Positions 23,293 through 32,407 of a stretch of DNA of 64,000 nucleotides are shown one piece after another (within the stretch, counting starts at the first letter, position 1; each line of letters begins with the position of its first letter). The position numbers were made by a program, and so were the translations under genes. The notes under the pieces are model-generated. The model did no database searches. It was not told the origin of the DNA and worked only from the letters and a program-made list of their open reading frames with translations. Origin of the DNA: Bryobacterales bacterium (GTDB taxonomy: Bacteria; Acidobacteriota; Terriglobia; Bryobacterales; UBA6623). The DNA lies in contig CAXXKD010000001.1 of NCBI GenBank assembly GCA_963422375.2, forward strand, positions 384,001 through 448,000. The letters run 5' to 3'.

Positions 23293-24671
23293 TAAATCAA
23301 TTTGATATTTATTCTGGATATCTGTTGACATTTGGTGGAGTATTTTGATAGAATAGTTCCAATATATGAGGTCGTCTATGAAGCAGGAATGTCCCGGGAA
23401 GTGGTTTCGTAAAGGCATCACTCTGATTGAAGTGATCGCCATGTTCCGCGATGACGAATCCGCGGAAAAGTGGTTCGCCTCCATGCGCTGGCCCGACGGT
23501 CCGGTATGCCCCCACTGCCGCGGCTCCAGCGTGCAGTCCGGCACGGCCCACCCTTCGATGCCGTACCGTTGCCGCGGCTGCGGCAGGCGCTTTTCCGTGC
23601 GCACCGGCAGCGTGATGGCCGACACCAAGCTCGGCTACCGCACCTGGGCTGTCGCCCTGTTCCTGCTGACTACCGGCATCAAGGGCGTCTCAAGCATGAA
23701 GCTGTACCGCGACCTGGGCATCAGCCAGAAGTCGGCCTGGCACCTGGCGCACCGCATCCGCGCGTGCTGGGAGCGGCATCAGGGCCTGTTCGCCGGCCCG
23801 GTGGAGGTGGACGAGACCTACGTCGGCGGCAAGGAGCGCAACAAGCACGAGAGGAAGAAGGCCCGCGCCGGGCGCGGGCCCGTTGGCAAGACACCCGTGG
23901 CGGGGGCGCGGGACCGCGCCACGAACGCAGTGGCCGCGCGGCCGCTGCCGGGCACCGCCAAGGGCGACCTGCAGGGCTTCGTGCGCGCCCGCGTCGTGCC
24001 GGGCGCGCAGCTCCGCTCCGACGAGGCGGCGGCCTGCGCCGGCATGGAGGAGTTCCCGCACGAAGCCGTCAGGCACTCCCGCGGCGAGTACGTGCGCGGG
24101 GCAGCGCATACGAACGGCATCGAGTCGTTTTGGTCCCTGTTCAAGCGCGGCCTGTACGGAACCTATCACCGGATGAGCGTCCGTCATCTCGGCCGCTACC
24201 TGACGGAGTTCGCGGGACGGTGCAACGACCGCGACTGCGACACGGCGGAACAGATGCGGCGCATGGCGCGGGGCCTGGTCGGCCGGACGCTGACCTACCG
24301 GCAACTGGTCGGCAAGGCCGCAGTCGCGGCCGGAGCACGGTCTAGCCGGTCAGCTGCAGCCTCTCTTCACGCTCGGTGCGAAGGGCGCTCCGGATCCGGA
24401 ATCCCGCGCCGCGACCGGTGTCCGGCCTGGACTATTCATAGATGCAGCCGTCTTGGAAGGGGAGCCTCTCCACGGCAATCCGGGTTCCACCGGGGCGCCC
24501 GAGGCGGCCTCACTAGTCCGTGCGCCGCCAAATCCGCTTGCAGAATCGATTCAGATACGAACCGACCCTTCGGTGCCCACCTCGGCCGCACACGAAAGAC
24601 CCGAGCTAGACGCCGACGTCCCCAATCAGAGCAGTTCTAGCCGGATATGGCGTTGTCGGCACTCAGATATA

Positions 24672-24930
24672 TAGTGCTTGTGACAAAACCCCTGAATTCT
24701 GGCCCGATCAGCATTTCATACTACATCCTGAGGTCGGATGGATCTCCAAACACAACATATAGGGCCCAAGGTCGGAAGTTGCTCAGACGCCAATCGCGAA
24801 GATTTCCGCGCTCTACCCAGAATCGCCAGGATTTCGGATTAGTCGTAGCATTCCAGCGAAATCTTCGCCTTGAGAGATTGGACCTAACGCCTTTGTTGTC
24901 AAGGGGATACGAGTTTTGTCACGGGCACTA
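24672..24930. mobile_element. MITE family 1, copy 1 (about 260 bp), inserted in the IS1595-B right TIR
   Basis: TIRs TAGTGCTTGTGACAAAAC / GTTTTGTCACGGGCACTA; close copy at 48620-48879. Confidence 0.85.
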
Positions 24931-25240
24931 TATAATTCCCTTTCGTAACTAGCACCACTTCACGACTCACCCATGGACACATGAATGCGGCGTGTTCACT
25001 CGGAGGGCATGAAATCGGGCACGGGCGCGGCAGCGCTGGGTTGAGATCATGGGTGACGGAAGCGGGGACAGCACGTCAATCATTCTGACAGGCGGAGCGC
25101 CAGCCCCGGATTGCGATCCCAACAGCCATGCGGGCACTCCGGCCGCCTCACCCCGCGCAATGAAAACAGACGATAGAGCACGGGGCGACGGAGCCTGCGC
25201 GACACCGTGGGTGGCTGTGTTCGTTGGATCGAGCGCGGCC

Positions 25241-25520
25241 CTAGGGCCGTAATCTGTTGCGGTCGGCCGCCCACGCAAGCCCGTCCGGAACTCGCCGACA
25301 TTGTCGAGTTCGCCAGCTTAGCCGCAGCCGTCCGGTGCTCTGGCTTGGGCAGGCGTGCTTGTACTCGGATCTCAGGTATGCGACATGGATGTCTCTTCGG
25401 AGGAACGGCTCGACGCCGTTAGCGTGCACTTGTTCGGAAACGGATTTGCTGACAGAGTGCTTGACGGACACATGCTTGAAGGGTAGGATTTCATAGTCCT
25501 TCGCGTCGTCCGTATATCCT
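25241..25520 (-). pseudogene. IS1595 transposase fragment (third lineage)
   Basis: IYTDDAKDY...SVKHSVS...HANGVEPF matches the IS1595 DDE core. Confidence 0.6.
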
Positions 25521-25734
25521 GTAGTTCGCGCCCAACTGGAAACAATTGGGGCCGACGTAGCTACGAAGCAATCAAGCCAGCTGGATGGGGCGCTGTTGGG
25601 CGCTATCCCTTATCATTCCCTCCCAAGGCCATCCACTACGCGCATGCCTATGAACAGGGTTGCTCGGCTATGATGTTCTCGATATGGACTTGTCTAGGCC
25701 ACTCAGATCCATTGATAGATTCGAATTGGAGTCA

Positions 25735-28707
25735 TCACTCGCCTTTGAATAGATCGCCCTGCTCTTTAGAACCCTCTGGTTCAGTCTCCAAATCGTTCGC
25801 CAGTCGGGAAATCTCCGACCAGCTCTGCACCAAGGTGTTATACAATAGCGCCTCGGCCGCACGCTTCTTTCGGTCGCACAAGGTATAAAGGCGGTAGCAG
25901 AGTTCACGAGCTGTTTCGGCGTAGGTGCCGAGTGCAGCTACGATCTCTGCGACACCACGTTCGCCATGCTCATCAAGATCCCGGATCAGATGGTGGACCA
26001 TTTCCCAAGCGGTCGGCCTTGTGTCGGATCTTGGGTCCCAGTCGTCGGGCAGCTCGTTTGACCTAAGTAGACGCACCTTTCCACCCTTCGACATTACGAT
26101 TCCGGTCTCCACCATGCTGGCGACGTCGGTGTTCTTCGCCTTGGAGAGCGTCTCCGCCTCCCCGAATCCGCCTTCGGTGAAGCCGTGCTGCGCGAACCAC
26201 TCGAGCGCCCAGCGCGTGGCGGCGTCGAGATCGCCCTCCTGGTCCTCCAGTACCTTGTCGAGGGCTTCGTTGATCAGCGCGAGAGCCTCCCGCACCGAGA
26301 GCGGCCGGCCCTCGGCGTCCAGCACCCTCCCGTAGCGCGTGTACACGGCCATGCCGGGGCCGATGGCGGCCTGGGCGAGATCGACGGGGGCGACGTTGCC
26401 GGACTGCAGGAGGTGCAGGGCCCGGGGCAGCTCGGCGCGCAGCGCCGTGACGAACTCGCGGCGGGTCCCCGCGGGCGCGTCGGCCGGCCGGCGTCGGCAG
26501 GCGAGGACGATGCTGGAGGCGAGGGCGTTCGTGCCCATGCCGACCAACCGATTGCCAAGCTCCGTCCGCATCGGCCACGTGCCGGTGATCGCGAATCCGG
26601 AGCGGATCGCGGCGTCCAGGAACGTCTCCCAGCCCTTCGTTTCCGATTGCTTGAAGGCGTAGTAGACCGTCACGGGGAAGCCGGGATGAGACTGTTCCGC
26701 GAGCCGTTGAAGCGCCTGTGTCATTCCGTCGAGAAAAAAGTCCTCCGCAGCCTTCTTGCTCCCGTGCCGGTACGGCGTGGCGACCAGTTCCTCCGCCTTC
26801 GGGACCGCCAGCGTTGCGAACAGATTGGGGAACACCGGCTTCAGGGACCGTCGGAGCCAGACGTAGAAGAAGTCCGACAGGTCCGCGTAGCCGATGTTGT
26901 CGTAGTACGGTGGGTCCGTTGAGATCATCCGTGACGACGACTGCAGCTCTCTTGTCGTAGCGTCCGCTTGGTCAGTCACCCCAGGTACGTGCGGAGGCAG
27001 GGCGATAGTCAGAGGGTCGACCACACACGTGATGGCGGCGTCGACGCTGCCCGTGGCGGTTCCCAGAAAATTTGGTTCGGCGTAATCCCACACCATCGGA
27101 AGCGCTTGCCGCCCAAAGCAGTGTTGAGCTTTTTGTCCAACGGGGTTCCACCGAACAAGGCTGTTCCCACTCATCGCCAATCGATCCACCGCCAACGCCA
27201 GATACAGGGACACCGCCTCGGCGTACGCGGTCGCGCCCGTCCCGCCGTCGCGCAGCGGCTTGCCGTCGTCGGGCAGGCCGGCGGCCGCGGCGTCGCGACG
27301 GACGCGCTCGGCGGCCTCCCCGACGAGGTCGGAGAAGGTAGTGAGGGCGACGAGCTGGCGAGACGTGAATAGGTCGGCCCATGTAAAGAAACCGTAGCCA
27401 CGACCGCTAACCAAGTTGGTCGTGTCGCGGTTCATCGTTTCGTCAGGGATCCAGCGCGGCCGCGCTCGCGACGCCGCATCTTCGTCGCGATGAGTCGGCG
27501 AGAGATACACGCGCCTGCCGCCGCCTTCCGCAACGACGGCCATCAGGCCCGATCCCATCCGACCAGCCATGCTTTCTGCCTTGACGTAAGCCGGGGGTAC
27601 TGGCGACCCTGACATCAGGCACCGGAAGTTCGCCCCGCGCGCGAGCTTCGTACCCCGCTTGGCCGCTACCGCATCGGGCGGCGCGCCCACCCGCACCGTG
27701 AATCGGTACCGCCGGCCTTCGATCACGGGCTCGACCCACGCCTCCTTGCCCTTCTTCGTCGACAGCATGAACGTCGACGCGAGGGGCACGTCCACGTCGG
27801 CGAAGGCCGGGTTGGGGCTCTTCACCGTCCGCGCCCACAGCCACGCGATGACCGTCAGCTCCCGGCCCTCGTACGGCTTCAGGTCGGGACGCTCCCTGAC
27901 CATTTCCGGCGTGATCTCGGCCCGCGGATACAGATGCCCGATTCGATTCCCCGCCTCGTCCCGCATCCACCGCCCGTAGCGCCGCACGTCCTCGGCCAGC
28001 CCCCGCGCGCCGCGCCACGTCCTCTCGACCAGGTTCCGCTCGGCCCGCGCCTCCGGGTGCACCGGCGCCCGGCCCGCGAACCGCGGCGGGATCTCGATCA
28101 TCGCCTTGCTGATCAGCACCGCCACCGGGTTCAGGTCGCTGGCGTGCGCCTCGAGGCCGAGGCGCTGCGCCTCCAGCGGCAGCGAACCGCCGCCCGCGAA
28201 CGGATCGTGGAACGCCGGCAGGCGATCCGGGTCGAACAGTTCGGGCGCACGCGGATGGCCGGCGTGCTCGGCGCACGCCCGCCGCCAGCTCCGCCGGATC
28301 TCGGCCCGCGCGCGCTCGAGCACCGTCTCGTTGGTGGTGTTCTCCCACACGACGAGGTCCCGGAGGATGCCGAACAGCCGCTCGCGTTCCCGCTCGGCCG
28401 CGATCTCCCGCAGCACCTGACCGTCCGTCCCATTGGCACCCGCTGCTTCATCGCCGGCCGCACGCCGCTGCCGGAGCGCCCGCTGCGCCGCACGCTTCCT
28501 CTCCGGGTTCGACAGCAGCACGTCGACGTACTCCGACGGATCGTCCACCATCTGCGCGAAGAGGACCGCCCGCGCCACCGCCAGCGGCTTGCGTGACCAC
28601 CACAGATGCAGCGTCGAGGGGTGACCGTGCCGGACAGACTTCTCCCGTGCCCCCGCCACGTTGATCTCGTCGAGCGGCAGGGCGGTCTCGATCAGTTTCT
28701 TTCTCAT
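25735..28707 (-). CDS. DUF1156 adenine DNA methyltransferase, full-length copy
   Basis: [19 protein letters not shown], motif I DPFAGGGS, motif [11 protein letters not shown]. Confidence 0.9.
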   Translation of the reverse strand: MRKKLIETALPLDEINVAGAREKSVRHGHPSTLHLWWSRKPLAVARAVLFAQMVDDPSEYVDVLLSNPERKRAAQRALRQRRAAGDEAAGANGTDGQVLREIAAERERERLFGILRDLVVWENTTNETVLERARAEIRRSWRRACAEHAGHPRAPELFDPDRLPAFHDPFAGGGSLPLEAQRLGLEAHASDLNPVAVLISKAMIEIPPRFAGRAPVHPEARAERNLVERTWRGARGLAEDVRRYGRWMRDEAGNRIGHLYPRAEITPEMVRERPDLKPYEGRELTVIAWLWARTVKSPNPAFADVDVPLASTFMLSTKKGKEAWVEPVIEGRRYRFTVRVGAPPDAVAAKRGTKLARGANFRCLMSGSPVPPAYVKAESMAGRMGSGLMAVVAEGGGRRVYLSPTHRDEDAASRARPRWIPDETMNRDTTNLVSGRGYGFFTWADLFTSRQLVALTTFSDLVGEAAERVRRDAAAAGLPDDGKPLRDGGTGATAYAEAVSLYLALAVDRLAMSGNSLVRWNPVGQKAQHCFGRQALPMVWDYAEPNFLGTATGSVDAAITCVVDPLTIALPPHVPGVTDQADATTRELQSSSRMISTDPPYYDNIGYADLSDFFYVWLRRSLKPVFPNLFATLAVPKAEELVATPYRHGSKKAAEDFFLDGMTQALQRLAEQSHPGFPVTVYYAFKQSETKGWETFLDAAIRSGFAITGTWPMRTELGNRLVGMGTNALASSIVLACRRRPADAPAGTRREFVTALRAELPRALHLLQSGNVAPVDLAQAAIGPGMAVYTRYGRVLDAEGRPLSVREALALINEALDKVLEDQEGDLDAATRWALEWFAQHGFTEGGFGEAETLSKAKNTDVASMVETGIVMSKGGKVRLLRSNELPDDWDPRSDTRPTAWEMVHHLIRDLDEHGERGVAEIVAALGTYAETARELCYRLYTLCDRKKRAAEALLYNTLVQSWSEISRLANDLETEPEGSKEQGDLFKGE
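26645..27267 (-). repeat. 623-bp inverted repeat, arm L (pairs with 35505-36127)
   Basis: Boundaries aligned by hand; protein identical and alternative-frame ORFs identical (26718-26960 vs 35812-36054). Confidence 0.9.
28204..28395 (-). repeat. About 190-bp inverted repeat, arm L (pairs with 34377-34568; near-identity continues about 100 bp further)
   Basis: [12 protein letters not shown]...LPAFHD identical in both methyltransferases. Confidence 0.8.
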
Positions 28708-29930
28708 TTCTCAACCGCAGAAACATGAAGTTCAGCGTCGCCGCGCCGTCTGACGTTCGGAAGACCGATGTCAAGTCCGGCCCGGTCGCCAAACCGAATC
28801 CCGGCACCGTCGCATGCGATTCTCAGATACCGCATCTTCCGGTCATTACTCAGATACGCAAGCAACCACCAGTTGCCCGGCAACGAGGCTCCGCCGCTCG
28901 CCATCGACTCGTTCGAGGACAGCTCTTGCCTGGTCCGCGCCACACCGCGATTCTTGCGGCCGCGCAGTTTCGGGTCGACCCGCGGCAGGAAACCCGGATC
29001 GCGTGCGGCCAGGGCTGCAAATATCGCCACGTACGCCTCCTTGGCGTTCCTTGCGCGCCGCTCCTCGCCGAGCAGCCGATAGCGCACTGCGCCCTTGCCG
29101 GGTGCGGGCGATTCCGGCCGGGTAGGAACGGCGATTCCAAGGCCAAGCACCCGCGCCTCCGGCCGCGCTGATGCCTTTCTCGATCCAGGCGTGGGAGTGT
29201 CGGACGTCCTGCGCTGTTGACGGCCATCATCCGGCTTCAGGCGGCGCAGAAAGTCAGCAACGTCCCGTCTCGCGGGGCTGCCTTCGGTAAGCAACGACGT
29301 CGCCTGTGTCAGCAGGACCGCCAAGCGCTCGTCGAGGTCGCCTGCGACAAGTTGCGCCCATGCACGCGGAATCGCCTCCCGCGCCTTGTGCCTATCGAGC
29401 CGCGCGTTGAGATCTTCCCGCGCGAAGTCGGCGGCCTTCCCCGACTTGGTGTTCGCGCAGGACAGATAACGCTCGAGTTTCGCGGCGACCTCGTCGAGCG
29501 AATCCGTCTCGATGTCGAAGGTGCTGACAAGGCGTTCTGCATACGTTCCGGCGCTCTGCGTCGAGTGGAAGCGCCAGTTGACGCCGTTCGTCAGCAAGGC
29601 CAACGGGGCGCCGGCGTGGAAGGAGTACTCGAACAATTGCCGGTCGCCATCGGATTGGCCGATCCGTTTCAGCACGCACTCGGTCGACTTCAGTTCGACG
29701 ATGCACCGCGGGTTGCGGTTCGACACGCACAGCGCCATGTCGATCCGCCGCGTCGAGGTCTTCAACCTCAGCGAGTATTCGGCGCAGACTTGGTCAGGAT
29801 CGTATACGTCCCATCCCAACGCGTGGAGGATGGGTTGAACGATCCGGGTGCGGACCGCCGTCTCGTTGGGGTATGCGCTCCGCGAGATCCCGTGCCGGAT
29901 TCTCTCGAGAGTCTTCGTCAGATCATGCAC
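28704..29930 (-). CDS. HsdR N-terminal-like PD-(D/E)XK restriction endonuclease with extra C-terminal domain
   Basis: NETAVRTRIVQPILHALGWD, RIDMAL, VELK, QLFEY, LLTNGVNWRF; ATGA coupling to DUF1156. Confidence 0.75.
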   Translation of the reverse strand: MHDLTKTLERIRHGISRSAYPNETAVRTRIVQPILHALGWDVYDPDQVCAEYSLRLKTSTRRIDMALCVSNRNPRCIVELKSTECVLKRIGQSDGDRQLFEYSFHAGAPLALLTNGVNWRFHSTQSAGTYAERLVSTFDIETDSLDEVAAKLERYLSCANTKSGKAADFAREDLNARLDRHKAREAIPRAWAQLVAGDLDERLAVLLTQATSLLTEGSPARRDVADFLRRLKPDDGRQQRRTSDTPTPGSRKASARPEARVLGLGIAVPTRPESPAPGKGAVRYRLLGEERRARNAKEAYVAIFAALAARDPGFLPRVDPKLRGRKNRGVARTRQELSSNESMASGGASLPGNWWLLAYLSNDRKMRYLRIACDGAGIRFGDRAGLDIGLPNVRRRGDAELHVSAVEK

Positions 29931-29993
29931 TGCCCAACGGTCTCCAGCCGCGCCGGCGTCCCGACTTGCAACTCATCTCGCCGGCCGCGGGCA

Positions 29994-30053
29994 TCACCAC
30001 TCTTCCCGCAGGCGCTGCATGACCGAACCATCGCCGTCGAGAATCATCTTCAT
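29994..30053 (-). pseudogene. Collapsed toxin-antitoxin remnant (RHH-type antitoxin start fused to PIN-toxin end)
   Basis: MKMILDGDGSVMQRLREEW*; ends in the same GAGTGGTGA as the PIN remnant at 32377-32385; preceded by TGcTAGGAT. Confidence 0.4.
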
Positions 30054-30942
30054 GGGAAATCCTAGCACTTCACGCACTACAGCCGGTCACGCTTCCTTCG
30101 AGGCCGTCGCCGAGGAGGTCTTCCGCCGCTACGGCCGCGCCTGGAAGCCGCGGACCACCACCGTCAACCGCGCGTACCTGCGCAATCAGATTCTGCCCTG
30201 GTTCCGCGGCCGCCCGATCGGCGACATCACGCACCATGACGTGCAACGCTGGTTCGCAACCCTGCACGCGACGCCGGCGGCGGCGAACCGCTCGCTCCCG
30301 ATCCTGTCGGTGATCCTGCGTCAGGCGGAGACCTACGGCCACCGGCCGGACGACAGCAACCCGTGCACGGGTCTGAGACGTTACCGGGAGCGCGGACGCG
30401 AGCGGTTTCTGACCGGCGACGAGATCCGACGGCTCGGGACAGCGCTGGCGGCGCACGAGACCGTCGTGCCACTGGCCGTTGCGGTAGTGCGCCTCCTGCT
30501 GCTGACCGGCTGCCGGCAGGGCGAGGTCCGGACGCTGCGGTGGCAGGACTATCGCGAGGGCCATCTGTTCCTGCGCGACAGCAAGACCGGCCCGCGGACC
30601 GTTTGGCTGGCGTCGGCCGCCCGCGCCGTGCTCGACCGGCTACCCCGCACGGTCGAGTGGACCTTCCCCGCGGCGACCGGCGGCGGTCCGATGCCGACAG
30701 AGACGCTGTATCGCTGCTGGCGCGTCGTCCGCACAGCGGCGGGCATGCCTGACGTGCGGCTGCACGACCTGCGCCACAGTTACGCGAGCTTCGCGCTGCG
30801 GCGGGGCGAGACCGTGCTGACCATCGGTCGTCTTCTGGGACACCGCGACCCGGCCACCACGCTGAAATACACGCACGTCGCCAACCCGCTGGTTCGCAGC
30901 GCGGTCGAAGCCGTCGGAGCGGTTCTGGATGCAGAGCGATGA
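30052..30942 (+). CDS. Tyrosine recombinase/integrase 1 (no arm-binding domain)
   Basis: LLTGCRQGE, DSKTG, HDLRH, LLGH, TTLKY: catalytic R-K-H-R-H-Y intact; start uncertain (30019 or 30052). Confidence 0.9.
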   Translation: MGNPSTSRTTAGHASFEAVAEEVFRRYGRAWKPRTTTVNRAYLRNQILPWFRGRPIGDITHHDVQRWFATLHATPAAANRSLPILSVILRQAETYGHRPDDSNPCTGLRRYRERGRERFLTGDEIRRLGTALAAHETVVPLAVAVVRLLLLTGCRQGEVRTLRWQDYREGHLFLRDSKTGPRTVWLASAARAVLDRLPRTVEWTFPAATGGGPMPTETLYRCWRVVRTAAGMPDVRLHDLRHSYASFALRRGETVLTIGRLLGHRDPATTLKYTHVANPLVRSAVEAVGAVLDAER

Positions 30943-32212
30943 CGCGCCGACGCTCCGTGCCTTCGTCGCGGGAGCGTGGAAGTCGGCGTGCTACGAGCGC
31001 TGCAAGCCATCGACTCGCAAGCGCATGGACAGCGCCTTGCGGGCCCAACTGCTGCCGACCTTCGGTGCGCGGCGGCTCGATCGAATCGGCCGGAAGGCGG
31101 TCCACCTGTGGTTCGATTGCTACAGCCGGACGGCACCGGCCGGAGCGAACCGCACGCTGGACGTGCTGCGGCAGATTTTCAATCACGCCGTCGCGTGCGG
31201 ACACGTCACGACCAATCCGACTCGCGACGTCCGACACAATCGGCGTCTCCAGCGGACACGCTTTCTGTCGCGCGTCGAAATCGACCGCCTGCATGAGGCT
31301 CTGGACGCGCATCGCGGACGCGGCTCGGGCGAGCAACAGGCGGAGATCATTCGTCTGCTGCTGTTGACCGGGTGCCGGAAGAGCGAGATCGTGCACTTGC
31401 GCTGGTCGGAGGTCAGCGAGGAGTCGCTGCATCTGACAGACAGCAAGACCGGCCCGCGGACGGTCTTGCTGAACGTGCGAGCGCGCGCCGTTCTCGAGCG
31501 GCAGCCCCGAGCGGGCAGCGCGTACGTGTTCCCTTGGCTGGCCGATGCGTCGCAGAGCCGTTCGGGCGAGCTGTCCCTGTGGCGGAAGGTGCGCCGACAG
31601 GCAGGGATCGCGGACGCGCGCCTGCACGATCTTCGGCATACCTTCGCGAGCCACGCCGTGATGCAGTCCGTTCCGCTGCCAGTGGTTTCGCGCCTGCTCG
31701 GCCATTCCCAGGTCCGGATGACGCTCCGCTACGCGCATGTCGGCGACCGCGAGACCGAGGCGGCGGCCGAGCGGATCGGAGACGCCCTCGCGGCGCTCTT
31801 GTCCGAGCCTGTCCCCGACGCGCGGGAACCCGAAACGGCCCGGAACCCGGCCCGCCGTTCCGCTGGCGGCGGAGAGTCCTCGGCGGCGGAAGAGACCGCG
31901 GTCACGTTCTTGACAGCGAGCCATGCAGGTGGGATACTGCCGCAAGATGTGGAGAGCGTGAACGCTGGGGAGCTTCGTCAATCCCTTGGCAAGGTTCTCG
32001 GCCGGCTCGAACGTGGCGGCGAGCCCGTTCTGGTGTGTCGCAGGCGAACGCCGGCCGCGGTCCTCGTAAGCCTCGAGGATTACTGCGAACGGTTCCTCGA
32101 CCGCGTTGCCGATGATCGGCGACGAGAAGTGGTCGCCCGGTTGAAGCAGCTTGAATTCCAGTCGCCGGCTGTCCGAACGACCCTCGACGCGCTGCGCGAC
32201 TTGCGGTCGTGA
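30929..32212 (+). CDS. Tyrosine recombinase/integrase 2, reading through in frame into a Phd antitoxin
   Basis: LLTGCRKSE, DSKTG, HDLRH, LLGH, MTLRY; paralogous to integrase 1. Confidence 0.88.
   Translation: MQSDDAPTLRAFVAGAWKSACYERCKPSTRKRMDSALRAQLLPTFGARRLDRIGRKAVHLWFDCYSRTAPAGANRTLDVLRQIFNHAVACGHVTTNPTRDVRHNRRLQRTRFLSRVEIDRLHEALDAHRGRGSGEQQAEIIRLLLLTGCRKSEIVHLRWSEVSEESLHLTDSKTGPRTVLLNVRARAVLERQPRAGSAYVFPWLADASQSRSGELSLWRKVRRQAGIADARLHDLRHTFASHAVMQSVPLPVVSRLLGHSQVRMTLRYAHVGDRETEAAAERIGDALAALLSEPVPDAREPETARNPARRSAGGGESSAAEETAVTFLTASHAGGILPQDVESVNAGELRQSLGKVLGRLERGGEPVLVCRRRTPAAVLVSLEDYCERFLDRVADDRRREVVARLKQLEFQSPAVRTTLDALRDLRS
31910..31938 (+). promoter_or_regulatory. Putative sigma70 promoter for the Phd-PIN-AAA-DUF4276-MTase arm
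   Basis: TTGACA-17 nt-GATACT with TGn extension, about 10 nt before GTG 31949. Confidence 0.55.
31949..32212 (+). CDS. Phd/YefM family antitoxin
   Basis: VNAGELRQSLGKVLGRLERGGEPVLVCRRRTPAAVLVSLEDY pattern. Confidence 0.75.
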   Translation: MESVNAGELRQSLGKVLGRLERGGEPVLVCRRRTPAAVLVSLEDYCERFLDRVADDRRREVVARLKQLEFQSPAVRTTLDALRDLRS

Positions 32213-32385
32213 TCGTGCTGGCGCAGGCCCTGTCGGAACTGACCCGATCTGCGCGGGAACGTGATGCACTCCCTGCACACCGCGGTTCTGATGCGCGAGC
32301 ACGGCGTCAGCCGCATCCAAACCCGCGATGTCGGTTCCGTCAGTTCCGGTTGCTGACAGTGGACGACCCGCTCGGAGAGTGGTGA
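32209..32385 (+). pseudogene. VapC/PIN toxin C-terminal remnant
   Basis: DLRGNVMHSLHTAVLMREHGVSRIQTRD...DDPL; N-terminus deleted, frameshifted. Confidence 0.65.
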
Positions 32386-32407
32386 TGGTGCGGCCAAGGT
32401 GATGGCG

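Larger units (their letters stand above)
22190..24940 (+). mobile_element. IS1595 family element type B, copy 1, with two nested insertions (transposase from 23378, stop codon lost, ORF runs to 24640)
   Basis: TIR GGGAATTATATATCTGAG; 8-bp TSD TTTCGTAA at 22182-22189 and 24941-24948; VEVDETYVGG, HTNGIESFWS. Confidence 0.9.

Noticed and set aside
24320..24640. C-terminal extension or passenger gene in IS1595-B
   Set aside because: Results from TGA-to-GGA stop loss compared with copy 2 (stop at 50494); frame not conserved
30058..30072. 15-bp match AATCCTAGCACTTCA with 56913-56927 as an att site
   Set aside because: A single short match that is plausible by chance in 64 kb; no other integration evidence
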